Assembly: GCA_965220815.1 (NCBI GenBank)
Contig: OZ244846.1
Location: 1,987,620-2,051,619 of the forward strand
Source: Gammaproteobacteria bacterium
GTDB lineage: Bacteria; Pseudomonadota; Gammaproteobacteria; Eutrophobiales; Eutrophobiaceae
DNA length: 64,000 bases
Direction: 5' to 3'
Part shown: one piece after another, positions 18,196 to 27,492 of the stretch
How the letters are laid out: each line of letters starts with the position of its first letter
Position numbering within the stretch: the stretch's first letter is position 1
Notes under the pieces: generated by a model
Seen by the model: only the letters and a program-made list of their open reading frames with translations
What the model was told of the DNA's origin: nothing
The model's database searches: none
Program-made: the position numbers and the translations under genes

Positions 18196-20196
18196 ATGAG
18201 TAAATTTTCCTTCAGTAAATGGATAATTGTCTCCCTTGCCCTGTTCATGTCTTTACCAGCTTTCGCGAATGATGGTCTCAGAGAGTTGATGAAAGACCCG
18301 AACTACTGGGTATTTCCGGGCGGCAATTATAACAACTGGCGTTATTCTGAACTGGATCAGATTAACAGAGGTAACGCCGGTGACCTGGTGGCTGCGTGGA
18401 CGTTCTCGACGGGACGCCTGCAAGGCCATGAGGGAGGTCCGTTGGTCCTGCCGCCCAGTGAGACGGGTCTGGCTACCGACCACCTGTATATCCACGCATC
18501 ATTCCCGAATGATGTTTTTGCCATCGATCTCGAGACCCTGGAAATCACCTGGGACTTCGTGCCCGCGCAGGACGAGGAAGCAACCGTTCCCAAGATGTGT
18601 TGCGACATCGTAAACCGCGGTCTGGGTTACGGCGACGGGCAGATCTACCTGCAAGCCGCCGACACCACTTTGTATGCCTTGAACCCGAAGGACGGCAGCA
18701 TTATCTGGCAGACAAAGAACGGCGCGGACATCTCTGACGACATGGTTGGCCACGATACCGGCGGCAGAGGTTATGGCCCGCATAACGGCATGACCAACAC
18801 CAACGCCCCGCACCCGATTAAGGACAAGGTCTTTACCGGTTGCTCCGGCGCCGAGTTTGGTGTGCGCTGCTGGATCGCCGCTTTCAATGCGAGCGACGGC
18901 AGCCTGGCATGGCGTGCGTTCAGCATGGGTCCGGACGAGGATATCCTGTTTGACGAGAATACCACGTCCATGGGCCAGCCGGTCGGCGCGGATTCTTCCC
19001 TGAAGACCTGGTGTGCGTTTGACGCCGAAGTCAGCACCGGCAAGAGCTCCTGGGGCGAGATGGCCCTGCGTGCCAATTCTGCAGAAGAGCGTACGTGTAA
19101 AGAGACATCCGACCAGTGGGTGATCGGTGGCGGTTCCGTATGGGGCTGGTGGCCTGCCGACTTCGATGAGAACCTGATGTACTACGGCAACGGCAACCCC
19201 GGCACCTGGAACCCGGTCGTGCGTCCCGGCGACAACAAGTGGTCCATGACCATTTTTGCCCGTGATATCGACACCGGCGTGGCTCGTTGGGCATACCAGA
19301 TGACGCCTCACGATGAGTGGGACTATGACGGTATCAACGAGATGATCCTGGCCGAACTGGATGTTGGCGGCACCATGACACCGGCCCTGGTTCACTTCGA
19401 CCGTAACGGTTTCGGTTATACCATGAACCGTAAGACCGGCGAACTGCTGGTAGCGGAGAAGTATGATCCGGCCGTTAACTGGGCAACCCACGTCGATATG
19501 AAGACGGGTTATCCCCAGGTCGTTAATGAGTTCAGCACCCACTACAACGGACAGGACGTTGTCTCCAAGGATGTCTGCCCTGCGGCACTGGGAACAAAGG
19601 ATCAGCAGCCTGCTGCCTACTCCCCGAAAACCAACCTGTTCTATGTACCCACAAACCACGTCTGCATGACTTATGAACCGGTCAGCTACGACGCTGGTGG
19701 CGTTACTTATGAACAGGCAGCCGGCAGTTGGTATGTGAATGCCAACCTGACGATGTATCCGGCCGGCCAGGTTATGGACAACGGCACGACCAATATGGGC
19801 AACTTTATTGCCTGGGATGCAAGCGAAGGCAAGATCGTATGGTCTATTCCTGAGCGTTGGTCGGTATGGAGTGGCGCACTGGCAACCAATGGCGACGTAG
19901 TCTTCTACGGCACCCTCGAAGGATATGCCAAAGCGATTGATTCCGAGAGCGGCAAACTGCTGTGGCAGTTCAAGACTCCGTCCGGCATTATCGGCAACTT
20001 CAACACCTGGTCCCACAAGGGCAAGCAATACGTTGGTGTGCTTTCAGGCATCGGCGGATGGGCTGGCGCTGTTGTGGCTATCCCGGTTCTGCGTGACATG
20101 TCCGGCGATGCGGCGCTCGGCGCTGTCGGCGGCTATCGCGCACTGTGGAATTCAACACGTAACAGTGGCGTGTTGATGGTGTTCAGCCTGCCGTAG
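18196..20196 (+). CDS. xoxF: lanthanide-type PQQ-dependent methanol dehydrogenase XoxF
   Basis: Strong RBS AGGAGGAGG. Signal peptide, vicinal disulfide MCCDIVNRG, and PHDEWDYDG (an extra Asp two residues after the catalytic Asp, the XoxF signature; MxaF has Ala there). 666 aa. Confidence 0.9.
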   Translation: MSKFSFSKWIIVSLALFMSLPAFANDGLRELMKDPNYWVFPGGNYNNWRYSELDQINRGNAGDLVAAWTFSTGRLQGHEGGPLVLPPSETGLATDHLYIHASFPNDVFAIDLETLEITWDFVPAQDEEATVPKMCCDIVNRGLGYGDGQIYLQAADTTLYALNPKDGSIIWQTKNGADISDDMVGHDTGGRGYGPHNGMTNTNAPHPIKDKVFTGCSGAEFGVRCWIAAFNASDGSLAWRAFSMGPDEDILFDENTTSMGQPVGADSSLKTWCAFDAEVSTGKSSWGEMALRANSAEERTCKETSDQWVIGGGSVWGWWPADFDENLMYYGNGNPGTWNPVVRPGDNKWSMTIFARDIDTGVARWAYQMTPHDEWDYDGINEMILAELDVGGTMTPALVHFDRNGFGYTMNRKTGELLVAEKYDPAVNWATHVDMKTGYPQVVNEFSTHYNGQDVVSKDVCPAALGTKDQQPAAYSPKTNLFYVPTNHVCMTYEPVSYDAGGVTYEQAAGSWYVNANLTMYPAGQVMDNGTTNMGNFIAWDASEGKIVWSIPERWSVWSGALATNGDVVFYGTLEGYAKAIDSESGKLLWQFKTPSGIIGNFNTWSHKGKQYVGVLSGIGGWAGAVVAIPVLRDMSGDAALGAVGGYRALWNSTRNSGVLMVFSLP

Positions 20197-20229
20197 ACCG
20201 AACAAACTTTTCACAAAGTTTGTAGTTAT

Positions 20230-20264
20230 ATCCCCGGTATCGATGATACCGGGGATTTTTTTTG
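20230..20264 (+). terminator. rho-independent terminator after xoxF
   Basis: ATCCCCGGTATCgatGATACCGGGGAT (12-bp stem) followed by TTTTTTTT. Confidence 0.85.
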
Positions 20265-20361
20265 GAACTTACCGGAGAATCATCAATCATAGCTGTATGC
20301 CCAATAGCGGCGGGTTATGTTATGATGATCGCAAAAATAACAGGTAAAGGGGATAGAGAAT

Positions 20362-20832
20362 ATGTATTTGAAAAGAAGTCTTTTTATTGTTTTGTTTTTA
20401 CTTGGATCCTTGCAGGCGTCCGCCCAGCAGATTCACGTCATTAACGCTGAGGCGCGTATATTCAACCCGGACGTGATATACGTAAAACCGGGCGATAACG
20501 TGAGATTCGTCAATATGACGTCCCATGACGCCGTATCGATTAATCAGGTGCCGCTTCCCGACGGCCAGGTGTTCGAGGGAATGCTTCCCGAAGGCGCTGA
20601 AGGCTGGAAAAGTAAAATGGGCAACGACTTTACCTTGCAAATGGATATAGAGGGTGTGTATCCATACGTATGCATTCCCCATATCGGCTTCGGAATGGTG
20701 GGTGTCATAGTGGTAGGTGAGCCGGTTAACGTTGATGCCGCCATGGATGCTGCGAGAGCCAACCTTACGGGTCCTTATCGCCGGCTTATCGGCAAGATCC
20801 TCAAGGTGCAGCGGGCCGCAAAAAAGGGTTAA
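20362..20832 (+). CDS. pseudoazurin-like type-1 blue copper protein (cupredoxin)
   Basis: Signal peptide. Copper ligands His (MTSHD) and Cys-x-Pro-His-x4-Met (YVCIPHIGFGMVG), the classic pseudoazurin/plastocyanin motif. About 130 aa mature. Confidence 0.75.
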   Translation: MYLKRSLFIVLFLLGSLQASAQQIHVINAEARIFNPDVIYVKPGDNVRFVNMTSHDAVSINQVPLPDGQVFEGMLPEGAEGWKSKMGNDFTLQMDIEGVYPYVCIPHIGFGMVGVIVVGEPVNVDAAMDAARANLTGPYRRLIGKILKVQRAAKKG

Positions 20833-21707
20833 TGAAAATGAAAAGGTACTTTTTGGCGTGCTTGCTGTTGTTGAACGGCGCGCCCGCCATGGCGATTGAT
20901 GTCGAAGAAATGACCGTGTTGAAGGTATGCGCCGACCCGTACATGCTGCCTTTTTCCAATCTCAAGGAACAGGGTTTTGAGAACAGGATAGCTGAATTGT
21001 TCGCCGAGAAACTGGGTGTGGAACTGCAGTATGAGTTTTTTCCCCAGAGGATCGGGTTCATCCGCAATACCCTCAGGGCGGAATCCGAATCAGGTACCGG
21101 GTACAAGTGCGACCTGGTGATGAGCGCGCCGGTCAATTTCGAACGGGCTGCGGCTACAAATCCTTATTACACGTCTTCCTATGCCCTGGTATTGGCAAAG
21201 GGGCGGGGGATGGATGATGTGACATCGCCCGAAATGCTGGTCGATAAGGTAAAAAACGGCGGCCTGAAAATAAAGTTCGGCGTGACCGATCGCGGGCAGG
21301 ACCAGTTCTGGGTCTTCAGACACGGACTGATGAGGAGTATAGTGCCGTACCAGGGACAGCCCGGCGACCCCGAGGAGTATCCGGGCAAAACCCTGACCGA
21401 GGATTTGATTTCAGGGAAAATCGATGCGGCGATCATCTGGGGACCTATCATAGGCTATTTTTCCAGGACCATGGAAGGCGGCGAGGATCTCATCATCCTG
21501 CCGTTGGGCGATGACCCTACGACACCCTACCTGAAATTTTCATTCACCGTGGCCATGGCGGTCAGGCACGGGGAACAGGAATGGAGAGACAAGGTAAATC
21601 AACTCATCGCCGAAAACCAGGCGGAGATGAACGCCATCATGGAGAGCTACGGAGTGCCCTTGCTGCCCATAGAAAAAATCGAAATAAGAGATGATGACGA
21701 CGACTGA
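20832..21707 (+). CDS. xoxJ: quinoprotein dehydrogenase-associated periplasmic binding protein (MxaJ/XoxJ family)
   Basis: Signal peptide. LKVCADPYMLPFSN matches the MxaJ signature. SBP type-3 fold size (291 aa). TAATG overlap with the cupredoxin gene. Confidence 0.8.
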   Translation: MKMKRYFLACLLLLNGAPAMAIDVEEMTVLKVCADPYMLPFSNLKEQGFENRIAELFAEKLGVELQYEFFPQRIGFIRNTLRAESESGTGYKCDLVMSAPVNFERAAATNPYYTSSYALVLAKGRGMDDVTSPEMLVDKVKNGGLKIKFGVTDRGQDQFWVFRHGLMRSIVPYQGQPGDPEEYPGKTLTEDLISGKIDAAIIWGPIIGYFSRTMEGGEDLIILPLGDDPTTPYLKFSFTVAMAVRHGEQEWRDKVNQLIAENQAEMNAIMESYGVPLLPIEKIEIRDDDDD

Positions 21708-21711
21708 GATT

Positions 21712-21880
21712 TATCCGCAGATGACGCAGATAAACGCAGATAATATTAATGTTGCAGTGCAAATTGTGTAGCACTTGTTTATACAACGAAGAATCTGAAA
21801 TGTTTGCAGACTTGAGAATACATCCTGAAGAAAAGGAAACACATAAAAACATCTGCGCTAATCTGCGTCATCTGCGGATA
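21712..21880. mobile_element. MITE-like inverted-repeat element B (169 bp)
   Basis: TA|TCCGCAGATGACGCAGATAAACGCAGAT ... ATCTGCGCTAATCTGCGTCATCTGCGGA|TA. Starts 4 nt after the xoxJ stop. Confidence 0.7.
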
Positions 21881-22618
21881 ATTTTATGCGTTCTATGGCT
21901 GTTTTCAGCGCCGCCGGCTTTCGCTGAGGAAGCGGATGAAGACGTAGAAGTAAAAGGGGCCACCATCGGCAGGATGGGCGACCCCGCAGTGGTTGACCCG
22001 AACACCTACGAGTTTGCCGACGCGGAGGTAAAACTCTGGATGGATAATCACCTCAGGAACATCGACAGCCCCGGGCGGCTCTATTATGATTTCGTCAAGC
22101 GCGGCAGTTACGAGGAAGGATTCAGTGACTCGGTATTCCTGGATATCCTCAAGGTTAATGAGGATGGCAGTAAGGACGCCGACCTGGAATTTTTCACCGC
22201 GGACAGGCAACAGGATGCCCGGCGTGATAACCTGGTCGGCATAACGGGTAACCCGGTGCTGGTTGTATACATGCAGGGTGATGTCTACGAGATGAACCGC
22301 CTTACCAACGGTAGCTGGCGTTATTTCCAGAGGCGTATCAAGTCGGCATTTGCCGAGAACGCGAAAATAGAGCCGGTTACATTCGAGTATGACGGCGCTG
22401 AGATGACAGGGGAAAAGATTTCCATCACCCCGTATGTCAACGATCCCAGGCGCAGACAGTTCGCCGCGTTCGCTCCAAAGCTTTACGAGTTTATATTATC
22501 CGACCAGGTGCCGGGGAAACTGTACCAGATCAAGACAGTCATACCGGCCGGTTCACCGGACGGTGAACCGTTGATGGAAGAGATCCTGACCCTGCAAAAC
22601 GCAGAATTCGCGAACTGA
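21797..22618 (+). CDS. hypothetical periplasmic protein whose 5' end is encoded inside MITE B
   Basis: Downstream of the MITE, ILCVLWLFSAPPAFA|EE reads as the signal h-region and cleavage site. The only in-frame start codons (21749, 21797) lie inside the MITE. The body is D/E-rich with no recognised domain. Confidence 0.4.
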   Translation, partial: EMFADLRIHPEEKETHKNICANLRHLRIILCVLWLFSAPPAFAEEADEDVEVKGATIGRMGDPAVVDPNTYEFADAEVKLWMDNHLRNIDSPGRLYYDFVKRGSYEEGFSDSVFLDILKVNEDGSKDADLEFFTADRQQDARRDNLVGITGNPVLVVYMQGDVYEMNRLTNGSWRYFQRRIKSAFAENAKIEPVTFEYDGAEMTGEKISITPYVNDPRRRQFAAFAPKLYEFILSDQVPGKLYQIKTVIPAGSPDGEPLMEEILTLQNAEFAN

Positions 22619-22628
22619 GGTTTCCGCC

Positions 22629-23447
22629 TCAGCCCCTGTTCAGCAGCACCATGACCTCGCCCTTGCCGTCGTTGGCGAGATCGCCGGTGTACAGGCGCAC
22701 TTCCGGACCGAAGTTGCGAAAAAACCGGTAACGGCTTCCCATCCGGGACAGTTGCTTGAAAAACAGGCGCAGGTATTCCATCTTCAGCGCGCCGCAATTT
22801 GCCAGGGTGGTTCCGATACGGTCCGGCCGCCTGCCCAGGATGATGGTCCCGCGTTTCATTCCGTAGCCCGGGAGTCTGCCGGATTTGCCCAGGATCAATA
22901 TCGTGCCGGCAACCATGCCGGAACCGCTGAAATCGCCCGCATCGCCCCCGATCATGATCATGCCGCGCCGCATCCTGTCGCCGATTCGGTTCCCGGCATT
23001 GCCCCATACCGTTATCAGCCCGTCACGCATCCCGTACGCGCCGGTGTGTGTCCCGGCCCCGATGTAATCGCCGGCGTCGCCTTCCACGTCGATCCTGCCC
23101 CACTCCATGTCGCAACCCAGCCAGTCGCTGCAACTGCCGCTGACCTTTATTGTGCCGCCTTTCATGCCATGGCCGAGGTAACTGCCGCCGTGGGCCTTGA
23201 CGCTGATATGGCCGCGGGTCATCTGCGCGCCAATCCGGGTTACCAGTTCTGTAGTGCGGCGCAATTCGATGTGCTCATGGTTCTCCCCACTGATGGAAAA
23301 CAGCTCTCCGAGTCTGGTTGGTCTGGAACCGTAATCCAGTTTCAGATCGGTAATCTGTTGCACAGCCGACAACCTGTCCGGTGTCAATGATGACAAATCC
23401 AGTCGCCATCGCGGCTTTTTCTTCAGGGTGAAAATCATGGGCTTCAC
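22629..23447 (-). CDS. fhcC: formyltransferase/hydrolase complex subunit C (FwdC-like beta-helix), set 1
   Basis: Repeated GxxxGxG[ML]xxGxI beta-helix units typical of FwdC/GltB C-domain. GTG start; 4-nt overlap with upstream ftr. Confidence 0.85.
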   Translation of the reverse strand: MKPMIFTLKKKPRWRLDLSSLTPDRLSAVQQITDLKLDYGSRPTRLGELFSISGENHEHIELRRTTELVTRIGAQMTRGHISVKAHGGSYLGHGMKGGTIKVSGSCSDWLGCDMEWGRIDVEGDAGDYIGAGTHTGAYGMRDGLITVWGNAGNRIGDRMRRGMIMIGGDAGDFSGSGMVAGTILILGKSGRLPGYGMKRGTIILGRRPDRIGTTLANCGALKMEYLRLFFKQLSRMGSRYRFFRNFGPEVRLYTGDLANDGKGEVMVLLNRG

Positions 23448-24340
23448 TGTAATATGTCCCTGAGGTGGAAGTGATACTGCCCCAGTTTCCCGCCATAGTT
23501 TCCCGCACTGATTCGGTAGATGCCCTTGTCGGGCCCGTTTTTGCAGACAGCCTCGACCCCGGCGCGCATGGCTTCGCTTATCGCAGTTTCATTTAAACCA
23601 TCGATGACAATTTCCAGGACGGAACCGACCTCTTCGGTAAGCGTGCTGTTTACCCGGCCTTTCAGGGTGGGGCAGAATACTTCGTTGGTGGAGGCCGGTA
23701 AAAATGAATATTTGGACCCTACCTTGGAGCCGGACCCGACAATGCCGCCCGGGAACGTAGTGACCGCGCCTTCTACCGCCCTGATTGCTTTTACCGCTTT
23801 TTCACAGGCGTTCAGGCCGTGGCGGGATGTCTTTGCCATTACCAGGAAGTTGCCGCCGCCGATGGCGGGGACCACGCCGGTAGTCTCCTCGCACAGGAAT
23901 TCGCCGTGCATGACCGGGATGCGCCAGTAGCGGATTCCGTCCAGTATCTTTGATATCTGGTAACCGTCGCCGAAATACCTCAGGCTTTTTCCCAGGGGCA
24001 GCATGGTATCGCTGTGGGTCCCGGCAAAACAGGCGCTGGTTGCGGTGGTCATCACGGATTGGCCGACGCGCCGGGTGAGCTGGTCCGCGAGTTGGGATTT
24101 GGACATGGCGAACATGATGATCGCCACACCGGGCCTGCCGTCCGGGGTTTCATCGGGTCCCAGTTCCCGTTCTATGTCGGCCTCACAACCGCAGGCTATC
24201 ACGGAAGAGGCGAACCCGGTCAGTGAGTTGGCCGCGATGTATGCGTACTTCATGGTCATCGCGGTGATGATCAACCGGGTCGCCTTCATGGGGAAGGCCT
24301 CGGCAAAGGTATCGTCGATGGTTACGCCGTTGATATTCAT
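23444..24340 (-). CDS. fhcD: formylmethanofuran:tetrahydromethanopterin N-formyltransferase (Ftr/FhcD), set 1
   Basis: 298 aa. Ftr family similarity, and paralogous to 30169..31056 (about 50% identity by eye). Confidence 0.85.
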   Translation of the reverse strand: MNINGVTIDDTFAEAFPMKATRLIITAMTMKYAYIAANSLTGFASSVIACGCEADIERELGPDETPDGRPGVAIIMFAMSKSQLADQLTRRVGQSVMTTATSACFAGTHSDTMLPLGKSLRYFGDGYQISKILDGIRYWRIPVMHGEFLCEETTGVVPAIGGGNFLVMAKTSRHGLNACEKAVKAIRAVEGAVTTFPGGIVGSGSKVGSKYSFLPASTNEVFCPTLKGRVNSTLTEEVGSVLEIVIDGLNETAISEAMRAGVEAVCKNGPDKGIYRISAGNYGGKLGQYHFHLRDILQ

Positions 24341-24350
24341 GTTTATTCTA

Positions 24351-24606
24351 TATCCACAGATGACACAGATGAACGCAGATGATTTATTGTTTATTTATCC
24401 ACAGATTACACAGATTACACAGATATTTTCAGGTGTTATTTGTGTGCGTCTCCGGTTATCATTCCCGCGCAAGCAGGGACTCAACAGATAAATTCTTCCG
24501 TTTCAAAAAAAGTTTTTTACCTGCCATGTGTTTACATTCGTGATGTTAAGCAGAAGGATATGAAATCATTTCAATCATCTGTGTTAATCTGTGTAATCTG
24601 TGGATA
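24351..24606. mobile_element. MITE-like element inside the fhc operon (256 bp, two left ends and one right end)
   Basis: TA|TCCACAGATGACACAGATGAACGCAGAT, then a second TTATCCACAGATTACACAGATTACACAGAT at 24394, then the right end CATCTGTGTTAATCTGTGTAATCTGTGGA|TA at 24577-24606. The fhcA stop codon (24584-24586) lies inside the right end. Confidence 0.7.
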
Positions 24607-26260
24607 AGTCCCGTTTGCAGTCATGCACCAGCAGAGAATGCTGGTTGTAGCCTTCAAGTTCGTCCCGGCTGATTTTGAAATTCTCAAGGCTCATGGTCAT
24701 GTACCTGTCGAAGTAGCGTTTAAGGGGTTTCTCTATTCCCGGGTCGTATTCCGGTTCGACCACGTGGGTGGAGGTAGCCGGGATGGCGCAGACCTTGCCG
24801 TTCCTGACGCAGGGTTCGCCGCGCTTGAATACGTATTCCGGTTTGCCGAACATGGTCTCGAGGTTGTCGTCGGGCGTGTACACGGTGATATCCGCTATTG
24901 CCCCGATGCCGAGGTGGCCCAGGTCCCGGAGGCCCAGGCTCCGTGCCGGCGCGGCGCGGGTGATGATCGCTATCTCGTATAACGAGTATTCCCGGTCGAG
25001 TGAGGACAGGACGCTGGCGCCTGCTGCGTCCCTGTTTATCGCGCCCAGCATGTCGTTGCGGAAACTCCTGTCCATGAGCAGCCTGATCAGGTGCGGGTAA
25101 AAGGTAAACGGCGCGCCGTTGGGATGGTCGGTGGTCATGAACACGCGCCAGGGATCATTCACGAGCAGGAATATTTCCAGGCCGATGCACCACTGCAAGG
25201 CGTTGACAAAATTTTTGTCCCGGTAACGGAACGGCACCACGCCGCAGCCTGCATCGCATTCGATATCCATGCATACCCATTTTTTCGGGTTGGCATGAAC
25301 ATGTCCCCTGTGTTGCATCATGGTATCGGCGGAGGCGGTGACCGTCTGGCCGAACATGACCTGGCCTACGTCAATGGACAGGTTCGGGTTCAGGTTTACC
25401 GCCTCTGCCAACTGTGCCGCCGCGGATGAGAATTTCCTGTCCCCTTCCTGCCCGTAACTGTGGAACTGTACGTGGGTCAGGTGCATGGGTCTCCCCTCGG
25501 CCGAAGCTATGGTGTCGAGGGTCGTCCGGTAATTGCCCGGCACCCCCAGGTTGCAGGCATGGACGTGCAGCGGGTGGGGAACGCCGATGGCCTCCAGCGC
25601 ATCGAGCAGGGCGGACAGGATGGCGCGCGGCGTTAATCCGTAATATTTGTTGGATTCATCCAGGTCCAGCTTTCTCTGGTTGAACTTGAACGCGTTGATG
25701 CCTCCGGGGTTGACTACCTTGACGCCCATGGCCCGTGTTGCCTGTATGGTCCACGCCACGTAATCGTTGACAAGTTGCGAGTCCCTGTTGCGTTGTAGCA
25801 GGCGTAACAGGAAATCATCATTTCCGAGCAGGACATAAGCGCCGGTATCCAGCATGGGAGTATCGGCCATCTCCAGGTGCGACTGGCGTGCATTCACCGG
25901 CATCATGGCCGGTTCGAAACAGGAGGTATAACCCATTTCGGCATAGCGGTATCCGGTAACGAAACTGCTTGGCGCGATGCTGCCTGAACCGGAGCGCATC
26001 AGCATGTCGGGAGCAACGGGGTTGCCGGCGTGGTCCTCAGCCAGCAACATCCTGGCGATACTGACCTTGCCTCCGCCGATATGGGTGTGGATATCGATAC
26101 CGCCCGGCATGACGACGCGCCCGGCCAGGTCCAGTACCCGGTCAATCCTGCCTGCAGTCGCCGGATCGGCCAGCCTGCCGTCCTCGATATACAGGTCCAT
26201 AACCTTGCCGTCTATCCCGTTCGCCGGGTCGTAAACCTTTCCGCCTTCGAGCTTGATCAT
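24584..26260 (-). CDS. fhcA: formylmethanofuran dehydrogenase subunit A homolog (amidohydrolase), set 1
   Basis: 558 aa. Metal-dependent amidohydrolase motifs (PGGIDIHTHIGGGK ...HVHAC...). Paralogous to 31053..32690. The last 7 codons are encoded by the MITE terminal repeat. Confidence 0.85.
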   Translation of the reverse strand: MIKLEGGKVYDPANGIDGKVMDLYIEDGRLADPATAGRIDRVLDLAGRVVMPGGIDIHTHIGGGKVSIARMLLAEDHAGNPVAPDMLMRSGSGSIAPSSFVTGYRYAEMGYTSCFEPAMMPVNARQSHLEMADTPMLDTGAYVLLGNDDFLLRLLQRNRDSQLVNDYVAWTIQATRAMGVKVVNPGGINAFKFNQRKLDLDESNKYYGLTPRAILSALLDALEAIGVPHPLHVHACNLGVPGNYRTTLDTIASAEGRPMHLTHVQFHSYGQEGDRKFSSAAAQLAEAVNLNPNLSIDVGQVMFGQTVTASADTMMQHRGHVHANPKKWVCMDIECDAGCGVVPFRYRDKNFVNALQWCIGLEIFLLVNDPWRVFMTTDHPNGAPFTFYPHLIRLLMDRSFRNDMLGAINRDAAGASVLSSLDREYSLYEIAIITRAAPARSLGLRDLGHLGIGAIADITVYTPDDNLETMFGKPEYVFKRGEPCVRNGKVCAIPATSTHVVEPEYDPGIEKPLKRYFDRYMTMSLENFKISRDELEGYNQHSLLVHDCKRDLSTDYTD

Positions 26261-27492
26261 GCCGCGCTGCCGGTTATATGTGACAGGACCTGGCCGATGA
26301 CGGTAGCGGCACTGGGGGCGCCCGATTCCCTCAGCTTTTTCAAAGGCAGGCTTATGACGCCGTCCGTCCTGAACAGGGTGCCGGCATGGTCTATGCCGGG
26401 AACGCCCGTGGGAATGTAAACGTCTGCATCACTCGTCCCGGCACTGTACGGAGACAGGATGATCACAGGTACGTCCAGGTCCGGGGGCATTTCTTCGGCA
26501 AACCCCGATATCCACAACAGGCTGTCCACGTCCGCCGGGTGTACGCCGGCGCCGGAAGGACGCCCGCCGTTGAAATCGACTGCAGCCGGGAAGCCGGTCT
26601 GCCAGGTGGCTACGCTCTGCCAGGATGCGCCGCCGTTGCTGCCGCCCAGGGATAAACCGGCAAAACGCTGCCTCGCGTTAAGGTCGCGCAACAGGTCCTG
26701 CGCCGAACTGATGACGAAGTCGGCCTGATCCTGGGGCAGGGCTGCGGGGCTCCATACCAGTACGCCGTATTGCGCGTCCCTGATCATGCCGGCAACCTGT
26801 TTCAGTTTACGGGTTTTTGACGCCGGTATTTTTCTGAAATCCGGCAGTTGCCGGTCGGCCAGCAGGGCGCGCAGCAGCGCGAAGTTGTCGGCGATTTCAT
26901 CACCCTGGCCGGAAAGGACCGCAGGCTCATGGTGGTCGCAGCCGGCCAATTCGGTCCTGCCCGGCCTGCCCAGGTAAGCCAGCTTCTTGTGTTGCCCCGC
27001 GAACAATGAATGGGGCGTGTTGATGAATCGCTCGATAAACCGGGGATAATTGCCGCAGACATTATTGCCGATAAAGATGACGACGTCCGCACGGTTCTTT
27101 ACCTCCGCCAGGGTGGCCGTGATCCCGCCGCGTGCCTGCAACGCTTTCAGGTTATGCAGGGACTGGTTTTCCTGCGAATGCAACAGCGCCGCATCCGTCT
27201 TTTCGGCCAGTTGCAGGGCTGCGCGCAGGCCGTTAACGTCTGTGCCGAGGCCGGCGATCAATGGTTTGCGGGACTTGCGCAGGAGTTTTGCCGCAGCGCT
27301 TAAGGCTTGTCCCACAGTTGCAGGAGCGCCCCTGACAGAGGCTTCCGATGCCGGGGGCGGGGCGGAAAAGCCCTGCCTGGCAAGCCGGCAGGCATTGGCG
27401 GAGACGCTGAGTTGATTCTTCTGTGCGCGAAGCGTCAGGTCATCGCATAACAGGCTGCAGAACGGACAGGTGACGTTATCAATCGACGCCAT
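26257..27492 (-). CDS. fhcB: formylmethanofuran dehydrogenase subunit B homolog lacking the metal-ligand Cys (Fhc type), set 1
   Basis: Start at MASIDNVTCPFCSLLCDD, an N-terminal Cys cluster. At the position aligned to CHGPS of the paralog it reads SLHNL. The track ORF extends 96 codons further upstream as R/G/Q-rich junk overlapping fprA. Confidence 0.8.
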   Translation of the reverse strand: MASIDNVTCPFCSLLCDDLTLRAQKNQLSVSANACRLARQGFSAPPPASEASVRGAPATVGQALSAAAKLLRKSRKPLIAGLGTDVNGLRAALQLAEKTDAALLHSQENQSLHNLKALQARGGITATLAEVKNRADVVIFIGNNVCGNYPRFIERFINTPHSLFAGQHKKLAYLGRPGRTELAGCDHHEPAVLSGQGDEIADNFALLRALLADRQLPDFRKIPASKTRKLKQVAGMIRDAQYGVLVWSPAALPQDQADFVISSAQDLLRDLNARQRFAGLSLGGSNGGASWQSVATWQTGFPAAVDFNGGRPSGAGVHPADVDSLLWISGFAEEMPPDLDVPVIILSPYSAGTSDADVYIPTGVPGIDHAGTLFRTDGVISLPLKKLRESGAPSAATVIGQVLSHITGSAA

